Below, piece after piece: positions 25,740 to 37,904 of a DNA stretch of 64,000 nucleotides. Source of the stretch: Parasitella parasitica NRRL 2501 (Eukaryota > Fungi > Mucoromycota). Where the stretch lies: the NCBI GenBank assembly GCA_025201805.1, contig MU619238.1:199970-263969 (forward strand), read 5' to 3'. Below the pieces are notes generated by a model. That model had not been told where the DNA came from and did not search any database. It was given only the letters and a program-made list of their open reading frames with translations. Position 1 is the first letter of the stretch. Every line of letters begins with the position of its first letter. Position numbers and translations under genes: made by a program.

Positions 25740-26410
25740 GCCTTAATCGTATCTATCGATACCCCTTTGTTGCAATGGAAGAAGGGTAAGGTTGTGGATG
25801 GCAGTAAGCGCATCTTTGCTACCATGGACGAGTGTCTGTCCAGATTCAGAGACGCTGTTGAGAGATGTGTGGCCTAGACATTGACTCCAACTGGCAAAGG
25901 ATCATTAAGCCCCACATGTCTGCATGGACTCGTGCATTGGTCCAAGAAGTCTCCCGAGTTGAATTGGTCGAACGTCACTGACAAGTTGAAAGAGGAAATC
26001 AGCGTGTCTGTAGAGGCTCAGAAGTGAGACGCACAAGTGAAACTTGGGCAATTGAAGTTTCTAAAAAGGTCAAAGAACCTCGAAGCCTACATCGATAGCT
26101 TTGAGAGCATCCATTCCCAAAGAGTCGTCCGAAATTTCTCTCACAGATCTTGGGCTGGAAGAAGCTCTCGAGTGTATTATTAATGACAAAGGCTGCAGAG
26201 CAAATACTGTTAATTTTGCAAAATCAATGTCCCAACAGTATAGACCAGCAATAATACTGTATGACATTGAAAAAGGCAAAGAAATACAGAGAAACATGTT
26301 GACACTTTGGTCAAAATGGCTGGCCTCACGCAAATTGGTGCCTGAACAGGAAGCAGTGAGGTGCCAGTGCCCAGAAAAGAAAGCCTACACCCCGCATGGT
26401 TCCATTTGAC
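25740..26410 (+). mobile_element. Degenerate gag-like LTR-retrotransposon remnant
   Basis: Frameshifted IFATMDECLSRF..GLDIDSNWQRIIKPHMS resembles Mucorales gag-like sequence; no intact ORF. Confidence 0.35.
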
Positions 26411-26960
26411 CATTTTATTGTTTACAAGAAAAACAACTGCTCTTATCTCATCTATCTCCAGTCATCACGGTGCAGCCATTCGATTGCTTCAAATTGTGTT
26501 GTCCCCTTAACGGCTCTTTCAACTTGATCACATGAAGCTATGATTTACGACAGATTGCCATTGAGAAGTCTTCAATTGATAATTTGGATCTCTCTGTAAA
26601 CACTGATCAGCCATATATTACTTGCTATGGACCACGTCAGGAATCGTCGCACAGCAAAGATGAGAAGAAAGAACCTGAATATCTCCAAGAAGCCTTATCA
26701 AAATCAGAATCCGTTCTTATTCTCCCCAACCCCCCCCCCAACCCCCCTCTGTATTTGTTTGTATGCTCTGTTTAAATGCAGAGTCTATGATAAGAAATAG
26801 TTATTACACACTTTATCTGTCATCAAGTCGTTCAAATATGTTCAAGAGACAAGTACTTTGTTTCAAGTTGAAACTTCTGAAATGATTTTAATTTGTAGTG
26901 AGCACTGCGTTGTATTACAGCACTATGCATTTATTAGTTGATCTATACAGTTTATGTGAT

Positions 26961-28550
26961 TCAATCACGCTTCCTCTTGCGTTCCTTGGCCAATGCCATG
27001 GAACCCCACAAAGCTTCCTCCTCCTCCTCTTCTTGTTCCTCTTCAGTTTTAATCTTTGGTACAGGATACTCAAATTCTTCGTCCACCAACACACAAGTCA
27101 AGCGTTGCTTCAAGTAGGCTTTGTCTTCAATATTACGGTACACTGTGGACGTCTCATGCACCCTTAAAAATCTATCCAGTGACACACTTGCGATGTGATG
27201 CTGCTTAGGTTCCTGATTTTCTCCATCAAATGTAGGCAAAGGGACTGTCACTAAATCTGTAGCAGCACCTGTGAACCCCTTGAATTGAGCTGCTCTCTTT
27301 CCTGTACGAATGTCAAGCATGCCCACTGTGCTCATTGTATCGGCATATAGGACATGGTTGAAGTCAGTACCAACAGACAACACCCTTATAGGATGCTTTC
27401 CAATTTCAATATTTGTGGTGGGTCTACGTGCAACCTTTGTGTCATATAAACGAAACTAAATGTTGACGCTTATGTTCAGTACAAGAAAAACAAAGGGAAA
27501 ATAGCACCTCCTTTTCTTTTTTTTTTACTCTCTCACCCTCTCCCAAAATCCATGTTGGGATATAAACATACCTGGTGATAATGCGTAGCAACTGCAACCT
27601 TGGTTGCTTCTTTGTTGACAAATTGAAGATCATGAATCCAAACAGGTTGCTGAAGATCCAAGAAATCGTTCTTTACATTCTTGGCCTGGAAAATCAAGCC
27701 GCCATTTCTGGGCGATTTCTTCTTGTGGACAGAAGTGTTTTTGTTGGGTCCAGCAGCGTCAATCTCTTCACGTTCCCTTTTAGACTTGGCAATAGCCTTG
27801 ATATCGTATATGCATAGATCACGTTCTTTACCACCAATTGCAAATATGTGTGTTAATGTGGGATGGCCGCGCATAATTTCAATATCAGGGCCTAATTCTA
27901 ATACAGTTCTCGTTTCGTTTTTTCTAGATGACAAGGGAGTATATGAGAGATCGCCAGTGGAAGTGCAAGCACAAAGGTGTCTATTGGGGGGGGGGGAGCG
28001 GTTTTTTTTTTGCATCAGATCATGGCGATTGTTGGGTTGCGTTGCTAAGGATGTATATACCTGTCATGAATAAAAAGACCAACAAATCGACCTTTCTTCT
28101 CATCGTCCACGCCAACATGGTTGTTTTGGAACTCTCGAAGCACTTCTCCAGTCTCAGGAGACATGAATTGGATTGTGCCGTTTTTACGTGCAACAAGCAA
28201 CTGCAGAAATCAGAGTAAAAAATGGTGCACATATGATAGTTTTGTATTTCAGAGCTTACAACTTTTTCATCTTCCCACATGGCCCACGATAATTTTTGGA
28301 CAGCCTGCTCTTTGTCGACTTTTCCAAAGGTGCCAGTTAAAGGCTGAAGGGCTTCCTTCTTGTCTTTTTCTTCGGAGCCTTCGACTAATTTTGTTTTCTT
28401 CTGATGGTGCTGGTGTCCCTCTGCCTTGGGAGGAAATGAAATCCCTGTGATCTTGACAAGTTAAAAAAAAACCCCTTGTTCAAACCATTACAAAAGTATA
28501 AAGATCTTACATTTGATTAGTCCGCTTTCATCACTAGTAAAGTACTTCAT
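26961..28550 (-). CDS. NSA1: WD40 ribosome biogenesis factor Nsa1/WDR74, multi-exon
   Basis: MKYFTSDESGLIK.., FAIGGKERDL, FQAKNVKNDFLDLQQPVWI, ASVSLDRFLRVH, KAYLKQRLTCVLV. Confidence 0.9.
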
Positions 28551-28751
28551 TTCTATTGTAAATCGGGTAAAGACACACACACACACATCCAGGAAAAAAA
28601 AAACCGCCATATGGGTTCTTCTTTGACATTTTGAGTACAAAAGTATTGTCAGTCACTGTACTTGATATGCGCCACTACGGGATGATGGATTTAAGCTATA
28701 CAGGCTGCATTTGTCGCTCTTTCCATCCCGTTCATTTTCTATCAAGCTCAA

Positions 28752-29547
28752 ATGGCAAAAGGAAAGCAGGCAGCTGGAAACAAAGAAAAAGGAGAAAAAA
28801 GTAAGTTAGGGTACACATGCGCCAATATTGATCTGACGGCAAGCGTTGGTTAGAGGAAGAAGGCAAGTTGAAGCCTGCTCAAAGCCTCAAGGTAAATGCA
28901 GCTTGTACATTAGCATGAAATAGATGTTGATTGCTCGTCTTAAGGTGCGACACATCTTGTGCGAAAAGCATAGCAAGGTAGTAATAATTACCACAATTGA
29001 CCCTTTATTTGAGATGCATTAACATACATTAAATTCTAGATACTGGAAGCTCTGGATAAAATTAAAAAAGAGAAAATGAGATTTGACAAGGTAATCAAAG
29101 GATATAGCGTGACAAAATACTATAATAATATATTGACATAAAACCCGCATCTGTTTTAGGTTGCTGAAAAGTACAGTGAAGACAAAGCCAAAGCAGGAGG
29201 TATATACAGTAGCAGAATTATTTTTATATATCCTTATAGCGTCTAAACGCAATGCTACAAGGTGCTCTTGGCTGGATGAACCGTGGTAGTATGGTTGGTG
29301 CATTTCAAGATGCAGGTAAAGACGGGGGAGATGGGGGCTACTGCGATTACTATCAAGAGTTAATGTTGTTGTAAATGTAGCATTCGCTTTGCAGCCTAGT
29401 TCGTGTGATAAACCTATTCTAACTGATCCTCCCATCAAGACAAATTTTGGATACCATATCATTATGGTGGTAAGGCGATTACACGTAACATAGACTCTAT
29501 ACATTTGCTTATTTTAATCCGTGTTGATATAGGAGGACCGCAAATAG
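28752..29547 (+). CDS. PIN4: Parvulin-type peptidyl-prolyl isomerase Pin4/Par14, 8 exons
   Basis: Spliced MAKGKQAAG..LKPAQSLK/VRHILCEKHSK/ILEALDKIK..FDK/VAEKYSEDKAKAG/GALGWMNRGSMVGAFQDA/AFALQPS..KTNFGYHIIMV/EDRK*. Confidence 0.93.
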
Positions 29548-29728
29548 CAGCTTATACGTTTTGTTCAGAATTTTTCTGTGCAACGGAATAATAAATTGAT
29601 GTTTTCAAATGCATAGCAGTAATTTATTTTTTGTCATATTTACAGAATTGTGTTGTAGGCTTAGAATTAGAGGTATATATGTAAAAGTATTGTAGATGCT
29701 TATGTATAGACAAGTGGGTATGTGGTTC

Positions 29729-30103
29729 TTAAAAGAGCCAATCGCGGATCTTTTTGAATGGTTTGGACAACTTGATTGCTGGCAATGGCGATTGTTGTTG
29801 TTGACGATGACGAAACTTTTCCTTAAGGGATTCATGGATAGTTTGTCTGAACCGGAGTGATGAGCTACGTCGTACCTTGGTTTTGCAAATGAGGTCATCT
29901 TCAGCTAGCTCCATCTCGAGCTGAGAATCATCCCAGCGCTTTACAGGCTGGGCGGGCTCCGAGTGTCTCTTTTTGGATGATAAATCAAGAAAATTGCAAT
30001 TGTAGCTTGAATTATTACTGGTGGATGTTCTAGGTGAGTTATTAGCGGATGTGTCGTTACTTGCAATTGAGGAGGAAAGAGAGGGTACGGATCGATGGTT
30101 CAT
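29729..30103 (-). CDS. Hypothetical small Ser-rich protein (124 aa)
   Basis: Intronless ORF MNHRSVPSLSSS..KIRDWLF, with a pyrimidine-rich 5' leader and TATA-like TTATAAATA upstream. Confidence 0.6.
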   Translation of the reverse strand: MNHRSVPSLSSSIASNDTSANNSPRTSTSNNSSYNCNFLDLSSKKRHSEPAQPVKRWDDSQLEMELAEDDLICKTKVRRSSSLRFRQTIHESLKEKFRHRQQQQSPLPAIKLSKPFKKIRDWLF

Positions 30104-31528
30104 CTTGATTCTTGATGAAGGGAAGAGAAGAAAAGAGAGAGAAAGGCAAGAGAAAGAACCCACAGGTATTTATAACAACACCGAAAAGGAAAATGAAAGG
30201 TTATCTTGCACGTGCTGCATCCCAGAATAGGCATCCTCCTTCAGAAAAAAACAGCATAATAAACTACGATTCTTTTTCTGTACTTGCCACATGGCATGAC
30301 ATGCCTTTTTATTATTGTTGTTGTTGTTGTTGTTGTTGCCATCACTATTCTCATGCTTCTATATAGTTGATACTTTATGAAAAAAAAAAAAAAAAAAAAA
30401 AAAGGTGATAGACTAACACTGTGCAACTCAAATATTGACATGCATAGTCTCTTCTTTTTTTCCGCAAAGCATATAAAGGAGCCATAGTGTTGATATGTAA
30501 TGCGATGGGCTTATACATTGTAAGGGGAATTCGATAATTAACCAAAAAGAAAGTTAGAGGGAAAAAAATTATTTGTTTTCTTTCTCTTCTCATTGTTGTT
30601 CAAGGTGCAATATTATGTAATAAAACAATGAATAAAACTGCTTACATACAAAGAGTATTTAGGATAAAAGGCTACTATTGTTATAGCAGTAGTAATATAG
30701 CAACTAACAGGATACATACAGTACTCGCCAACAGTTACACAAATCTTTGATCAACGGTTTTTTTGGCTTAATTATTTCATTCGAGTGCTTGCATATTGGA
30801 AATACAGTTTCAAATTATAGGCATCTTCAAAGACTAACAATGCTTCCATAAAGACTTTACTTTATAAATATAAACAATCATTGTCTGTGTTGAAATAGTC
30901 ATCAGACACTCATGGTCCAGACCTCCCTCTCTTGAGCAATTATATTAATTTAAAAGCATAAATCCCAACACTAGCAAATTAGCGTAGCCATTTTTATACA
31001 ACTGCTAATGCTACATGTTTTTTATACAACAATGAATTGCTATGTACCGAGAAAATGCACATTTTGATTCCATTATATTGGCAGAAACATGTCAGGGGTA
31101 GATAGAAAATGAATTTCTATATCGAAAATGACAGATACAGAAGACATTGTGTCGAGTGCCCCTAAACGTACATGTACATATGCTATGACACTATAAAATA
31201 CGCATATTACATGACCATTTGAAACAACAGCACTCGACCCCCTTCAGATCTCGAATGAAGTTATCCAGTCGATGTTTTGTCACACCTCATTTACAGGTTG
31301 CAAAAAGACAAGTTACCCGTTCGTTTGAATTATTGATTACTGTCTCCTTGGTGGGCATATGAAAAAAACAGTGTAACTCTGTTTTATCACAAAAGCATAT
31401 ATAGAGTATAATTAGACAAAACTGACACCTTGGCTATGGATTGACTCCCTTAACCTTTCTCCTCGTTATTGTGTATATTTTTAAAAATCAAAGGCTAATG
31501 TTACGATGACTATATTCTTTATTTCCAT

Positions 31529-32032
31529 TTATGCCAAATGAGGCGAAGAAGTTGACCTTTTCATTTGTTTACTGTCATTGTTTGGTCGATAAGTAGACAT
31601 TCTTTGGCGCAGAGTCTTTGCAAGCTTTCTATTTAATGTCCCAATCTTTGTTTTTTGTTCTTGTGTTGCTGGCTCTATTGAGACGGATGTCGGCTTGCTC
31701 AATAAATGGTCAAACTGTGGAAAATTAGTAGAAAGCTGCTGATCTGGGCCAAAGAACTCAAGCTGTAGTAGACTGCGAGATTGTTCAAATTCGACCTGAG
31801 GTATGTGTATTTCGCTTTCTGTTGTTATATTCTGTGCTGGTGGTTGCGGGGCAGGCGTTAAAGGGGTTGATGGTGGTTCGTTTGAAGCAAATGACGTAGA
31901 AGACGTTTTTGTTGATGGGTTCTTTGTGCTAGAAGGGGCCGTTGTTGAATGTGATAATTCTTTATCTTGTTTCGAAGGCATTGTTCTTTTTTTGTTGCTC
32001 TGAAAAAAATTAAACAGTTGGCTGAATATCAT
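31529..32032 (-). CDS. Hypothetical Ser/Thr/Pro-rich protein
   Basis: Intronless ~167-aa ORF in AT-rich surroundings; no recognisable domain. Confidence 0.55.
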   Translation of the reverse strand: MIFSQLFNFFQSNKKRTMPSKQDKELSHSTTAPSSTKNPSTKTSSTSFASNEPPSTPLTPAPQPPAQNITTESEIHIPQVEFEQSRSLLQLEFFGPDQQLSTNFPQFDHLLSKPTSVSIEPATQEQKTKIGTLNRKLAKTLRQRMSTYRPNNDSKQMKRSTSSPHLA

Positions 32033-32433
32033 TTTGCTATTGTTCAAATAAAGAGAAAAGGAAGAAGAAGAAGGAAAAGATCACACACCTGAAAAGCTAT
32101 TTTAGTAAAAAAAAATAAAAATAAAAAATGCAACATGGATTTTAGTACATTCACATAAAGTCATAAACACACAACCGCATGTCAAGAAAAAGGCATAACA
32201 GTAATGTTCTTTGATCCACAATTTCTACACATTTGGTCTGAAAATGATGCTTTTTGCCCTTTTCACTATTTCTTTTTGATTAAAATCATGCAAATTGTAA
32301 ATTATTTCATTGTCAATATTCTATAAATGCACAGAGCACACAAAAAAGAAGCAAGTACATGTACTGTATCTGCGTGCATTTGTATGAAGGCGTTTTTTAG
32401 CGGTTCTAATCATGCTGCTGATACTGCGATTGC

Positions 32434-32469
<36 letters not shown>

Positions 32470-33121
32470 AGATCAAGCATGCATTGTTGCATTAACTCTT
32501 TGAGATATATCTTATGTACACATCCACATATTTAAAATGTTGGACATTCATATGTTTACTACTATAGTGTAGGTCTATACCCGTTTTGTTCCGGTCTTTG
32601 GGGCCAACAGTAATGGCAGTAGCAGACCTTTCTAAGCGACAGGTCAGCATTTTATTTTTTGTTATAGGTTGTATACCACCTTGCATACAATGATACTGAT
32701 TTCTATCTAGACACGACATGTACACGTAAACTAATCAGTGTATTGCAAGGGAATTCAAAAACATATAAAATCACGTTTGATTTTATTATATGCATTATGG
32801 AAATTAAAATCAGCAGTACGCCAAAAGTAAATAAACACGGATAGGTTGCTCAAGAAAGTTAATAACAAGATGGGAGTAGCTCGAGCCTGAATGCATAATT
32901 TGATTGAGAACTTCCAGAGCTTATACCATGGATATCATTGGTAAATGCTAGAATGATATCATTTACTAACAAACAGAATTTTATATCGATTTCAAGGAAA
33001 CGTGCAGCGGCAATAGCTATTTGTGTCACCAAAACTCGCATAAATTAACGGTTTAAAGTAATCATCGAGGTGTCCCCACCTCCCTGTTGCTCAGAACAAT
33101 ACCCTCGATTCATGGATGTGT

Positions 33122-33213
33122 TCGACTTGACTTTTGGGCATTTTTCAAATTCTTGAATTTTCGTCGACTTGACTTTTGGGTATTTTTCAAATTCTTGAAT
33201 TTTCGTCGACTTG
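33122..33213. repeat. 42-bp tandem repeat (2.2 copies)
   Basis: TCGACTTGACTTTTGGGYATTTTTCAAATTCTTGAATTTTCG at 33122 and 33164, partial copy at 33206; one mismatch. Confidence 0.9.
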
Positions 33214-33833
33214 CCATGAGGCATTCCTCGTCAAAAATGTACAAAAGCCCTTTTTCGAAGTTTTGAGCCGAAAAAAGAGACTTTTTACTAATAGCAAGTT
33301 CTAGTAAAACATAATTGTGAAATATCGCTGCTTTATCTGATTAAGGTTGAGTTCTGATTTTTTTTTAGAATTGACTTTTTTCGATTTTTGTGTAAAAAAA
33401 AAATCATAACAAAAAATTGGATGGGATAGCTTGTTACGTATATTGCATAGTTATTCAAACATATAACCTATTCTTATTCTTGAATTCGAGAATAAATAAC
33501 TCTTGAGAGTTCAAATTGGTTCCAAAAAATTTCATTTTCAAGCTATCGTCATGCCTCCGCTTTTGCTTTTTTGAAGTTGACCATCTATGTGCAGTGAAAC
33601 TCGAGCAATCCAACCCGTTGTAGTGGGTTTGTGCTAAGAAGACCTCGGTCAAAAAGATTGCGCTTTTTAATTAAATATGACGCTAGAAAACATGAATGGG
33701 TTATGCAGCATAAAGTGCAAAATGTCTCACCGTCATTTTTTTTTTTTTTTTGTTTTGCATGTCAGGGATTCAATTATTGCACATATATATATAATTAACC
33801 CATCTTCTTTGCATATTGCACTTGTACGACAAC

Positions 33834-34903
33834 ATGGTACAGCGCATCTTGGGGCTAGCAGCGTCTTTTTTTGTGTTTTCGTCCTTCATTCTCGAGCTAT
33901 TCGTCATGATCGGCCAATTGTCCAACAAGCCGTTCTTGAATTTGATATACTTTTTGAAATCAAACAACCCGCAATACAATCTAAGCTACGGGTTTGGTCT
34001 ATGGTATAATATGCCCACTAAGCTGACAGATGAAAAACAAACAAACATGTAGCCTAAATACTTGCTTTACGTAGGTCTTACTGCCAGGGAACCTACAATG
34101 GACCCGTGGAAAGCTGCAGTCCGCCCAAGGCAGCATTTGACTGGTACACTGCCCCAGGATTTTCTGATATGCTGCCAACATATGCCTCTAGCAGGCGTGT
34201 CAATGCACTATTCTTGGCACTTTTCATTCTCTACTTTATCGGATTGATTTTCAGCTTCTTGTTATGGATTGCTACTCTGCCTGTATCAGTGTGCTGCTGC
34301 ATAAAGAGATTTCGACACAATCCTGGCAATCGACCTATTGACATTACCATGGCATTCCTCTGCGGACTGAATTTCCTGATTATGCTGGTTGTTTTGATAC
34401 TAGCGCTTGTGTTGGTTATTGGCAGTGTCAAGGCAATTACAGGGGCTAGTATATACTGGGAAGGCTATGCAGGTAACGCCCTTTGGTTGACCATTGCATC
34501 AGCTGCCTCATTATTTTTAGCCACTGTTTGTTATTTATTCAAAGCATGCTGTCATGGCGGAACCTCATATGGTAAAGGTGGTAGTAGTAACGGCATCAGG
34601 GTTTCGCCTGATAACAACCACGCTTACAAAAGTCAGCCTTTTGATTTGACACCTCATCAGCCATGTTACAATAATGACTCGCCTATGATTGCACATCGAC
34701 AACCACAACCACAGCCTACGCTTCCTCAGCCGCATTTACTGCAACAGCCTGCACCCAGTAGAAACAACTTGTATCCTCAGCAACAGCAACAGCAACAAGA
34801 TGTGTCTATTTCGAGTCTGTCGCAGCAGTACTCTCCAGGATTGCAGACTCAATACTTGGATCCCATCTACGGATCTCACAATGCACATCCACCACCTAAC
34901 TAG
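33834..34903 (+). CDS. SUR7/PalI-family tetraspan membrane protein with Q/P-rich tail, 2 exons
   Basis: N-terminal TM, claudin-like YGFGLW/SYCQG..C motif, three further TMs, low-complexity cytosolic tail. Confidence 0.8.
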
Positions 34904-35035
34904 CACTAAATGTCTCCAATGGATTTGGTTCTTGGACCAATCAGGGCATTTAAATAGAGGAAATGGTGCTTTTTTTTTGTGGTTAAGCCTTGCGTGCTAA
35001 ATCGAGTAATTTACAACGGGGGTGATACGAATCAG

Positions 35036-35094
<59 letters not shown>
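35036..35094. repeat. Poly-A homopolymer (~59 nt)
   Basis: Direct reading. Confidence 0.95.
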
Positions 35095-35096
<2 letters not shown>

Positions 35097-35246
35097 AGAG
35101 AAAACAATAGTAAAATGGTGTTTTATTGAAAGTGTCATTGCTGCCAGATGAAATGTGTATATATAAATGTGTGAGAGTGCAAATTATGTACAAATACTAA
35201 TTTTGTGCTTTTTCAATAAATAAATAAAAAAAAAAAGGGTATTCCA

Positions 35247-36035
35247 TTATTTCTCATCCTTTGGGGAAACTAGACCCAGTTTACGCTTTTTTGATACAGG
35301 CCGTCTATAGGGATCATAATGAGGAGGAGGAGTTCTATTTGGTCTTTTATGGGGCTCGTTGGAGGATGTGTAGGGAGGAGTGAGAGGGAGGACGACGGAT
35401 TGGGCTTCTGGCTTTGGGATGTGGGATGTGTTTGTGGCAGTTGCTGCGTGGATCATTGGCTCAGTCAGCTCTACAATCTCCAGCGATGTGTTTATTGAAT
35501 GCTCCAGTAGTTGGTCTGCGTATAGTTGGATGTCTTGCACTGGTATATAAAGCTGGAAATCAAGCAAAAACAGCAGCTCCAGCTCCAGCTGGTTCAGCTC
35601 GACAAGAGGAATGCCGCCGACTTTGGCATATCTGCTGTTTGCGTAAAAGATGTCTGAAGTGAATTTGGAAGCGATGACGATGCTGCAGAGAGAGATACGG
35701 TCAGTGATGATTAATATTAACAATAAAAAAAAAAAGGGCATTTACCTCGTAATCAGCAGTCTGTGTATATTGTACGAGTTGATTGTAAATCCGTTGTCCA
35801 GCTTTGCTATTCTGTCAAAGAAGATCAGCATGGACAGCAGGGCTTCGTTTGTAAAGGGGGCAAATCTGTGGATCCTTGACAAGTAGGAAAGCACAGAGAT
35901 GTTGGGTATGGCTCTTGAATGAAAGTAGGTGATTTGCGTGGTTGGCAATTGGTTGTTTGTCGTCAGCATTGAGTCGAGAAGACTGGAGACGATCTTGATC
36001 AGATGTTGAGTGGGGAACCCGACAATGTTCATCAT
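35247..36035 (-). CDS. Pho80/Pcl-family cyclin, 2 exons
   Basis: FHSRAIPNISVLSYLSRI..NSYNIHRLLIT/SIVIASKFTSDIFYANSRYAKVGGIPLVELNQLELELL. Confidence 0.9.
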
Positions 36036-36289
36036 TTGGAAAGGGAGAAGAAAGGCATGAATGGGAGAGGGAGACAAGAGAAAATTACGGCCCTTTATAT
36101 ACTCACTCTTCAAAAAAAGAACATTCAGTAGAACCCTTTTTTCCAGACAATTTAATTTTAGGCTTATACAGCAGCCCGCGTGCCGTGTTCTCATGCAGTT
36201 GATTGGGTTGGCAGCATTTCAAACAGAGTGTCGAATGAAAATTCAGCGAAACTCTTTTTCTTCTTCCATGGCAGTACCCTACCGTATAA

Positions 36290-37076
36290 ATGTCGCTGCA
36301 TTCACTGCTGAAAAGGGAGCTGCAGTTGCAGCAAGACATCGCTGCGCTGCAGTCAGAGATAGACAATCTGGAGACGAAAGCCGACATCGACGGCCAAGAG
36401 ACAGAGCAATTCAGGGCACCAGCGTGGTGCATTCCAATCAAGGCCAATGTTATGACGTTTGAGTGGGATGTGAGTATATACACATGTGTGTGTGGGGGGG
36501 GGGGCTACTACCGTACTACTCATAACTGAATTTGGACCATGCCAGCGCTTGGCAGAAATAGCTCAGTTCGACGTTATCTTGGTCGACCCTCCGTGTCAGC
36601 TTGCTACCAACACACCCACACGGGGAGTGGCGATCTCATACGAGCAACTGCCAGATGCAAGCATCGCAGAGCTGCCGATACCCAAACTGCAAGAGAATGG
36701 ATTCCTATTCCTGTGGGTCATCAACAGCAAATACACCAAGGGATTCGAGCTGATGGCCAAGTGGGGCTACACCTACGTCGATGAGATCACCTGGGTGAAG
36801 CAGACAGTGAATCGACGCTTGGCCAAAGGACATGGCTACTATCTGCAGCACGCAAAAGAGACATGTCTTGTGGGCAAGAAAGGGCAGGATCCAGCCAACT
36901 GCAGCCATTCCCTCTCCTCCGATGTCATTTGCTCAGAGAGAAGAGGGCAGAGCCAGAAACCCGAGGAATTGTATCAATTGATCGAACAGCTTGTGCCAAA
37001 TGGAAGGTATTTGGAGATATTCGGTCGAAAGAACAATCTGCGTGATTATTGGGTAACAATTGGAAATGAGCTTTGA
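36290..37076 (+). CDS. MT-A70 family N6-adenine methyltransferase, AMT1/Mta1 clade (236 aa; intron 36470-36545); motif IV reads DPPC
   Basis: WCIPIKANV..FDVILVDPPCQLAT..PTRGVAI..GFLFLWVIN..WGY..ITWVKQTVNRRLAKGHGYYLQHAKETCLVGKKG..ERRGQSQKPEELY..YLEIFGRKNN..WVTIGNEL. Confidence 0.92.
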
Positions 37077-37098
37077 GGTTTTTATTTCATGATTTTTT

Positions 37099-37389
37099 TC
37101 ATGGAAACATGGTGCGTTGGTAATAAAGACGTGCATTTGCAACTTGAGTCATCAACTGATTGTGTTTTTCATTGCACTTGTCGATATAGTTTATGACCTG
37201 CAGCAGGCGTTGGGATCTCTGCTGGGCCTTTACAGGATCAATGTAGCCGCCTGTTATTTCGGCCAAACTGATATGGATGACTTCTGGGCCGTGTGATTGC
37301 TGCGATGGCGCTTCAACATCGATTAGTTTGATCAAATCATTTTGCGCAGTTTCTTGCTCGCAGCTGCTGTTTGGTGGTTGGTTTTGCAT
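37099..37389 (-). CDS. Hypothetical small protein (96 aa)
   Basis: ORF MQNQPPNSS..YYQRTMFP with a pyrimidine-rich leader; no known domain. Confidence 0.45.
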   Translation of the reverse strand: MQNQPPNSSCEQETAQNDLIKLIDVEAPSQQSHGPEVIHISLAEITGGYIDPVKAQQRSQRLLQVINYIDKCNEKHNQLMTQVANARLYYQRTMFP

Positions 37390-37481
37390 GTGTTTTGGAG
37401 GAAGCGGCAAGAGTAGCAAAAAGAGGAGACGAGAGAAGGGAGGAATACTTTGATCAGTTTTACAGGACAGTGACAAGTTTG

Positions 37482-37904
37482 TTAAATTATTTTTTTATTG
37501 GGAGAATTCGGCAATATCAGTGCTGGCATGAAGACGGGTGCTGGCGATTGGAGTGCGGGTGTAGCGCCTAGAAAGCCATTGTTTTCGCCAGTGACAAAAC
37601 CACCACTTTTCGCTTCTCGAGTGATGGCAGACATGCCGGGATGCTGATCGGGCATCGGCGGCTTACCGTTATGATGGAACATGGGTATTGATGATCTTCG
37701 TCGTCGACTATCAAACGAAAGGCTATCGCTATTCTTCAATGCTATCATGTAATCTGGGCTGTCAATCATGACGAAATCGTGCCATATGTGCTTGGCATTC
37801 CTTTGAGTAATATAACTTCGTTTCTTGTATAGGACAACGGCTAGTGTGATCATGATGATAATTAATATTACTGATAGGACGATGACTAATGTTACAGCTG
37901 CCAT
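37482..37904 (-). CDS. Hypothetical single-pass membrane protein
   Basis: MAAVTLVIVLSVILIIIMITLAVVLYKKR (TM + basic stop-transfer), followed by RRRRSS. Confidence 0.6.
   Translation of the reverse strand: MAAVTLVIVLSVILIIIMITLAVVLYKKRSYITQRNAKHIWHDFVMIDSPDYMIALKNSDSLSFDSRRRRSSIPMFHHNGKPPMPDQHPGMSAITREAKSGGFVTGENNGFLGATPALQSPAPVFMPALILPNSPNKKII

Noticed and set aside
27985-28011. Apparent frameshift at G/T homopolymers in NSA1
   Set aside because: The runs lie inside a GT-AG intron ending ..CCCAATAG, so the CDS is not disrupted
33122-33213. CRISPR-like array
   Set aside because: Repeats are contiguous with no spacers, and the context is eukaryotic
35036-35094. Poly-A as a retroposon tail
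   Set aside because: No target-site duplication or upstream element body is evident, and long homopolymers are common throughout this window
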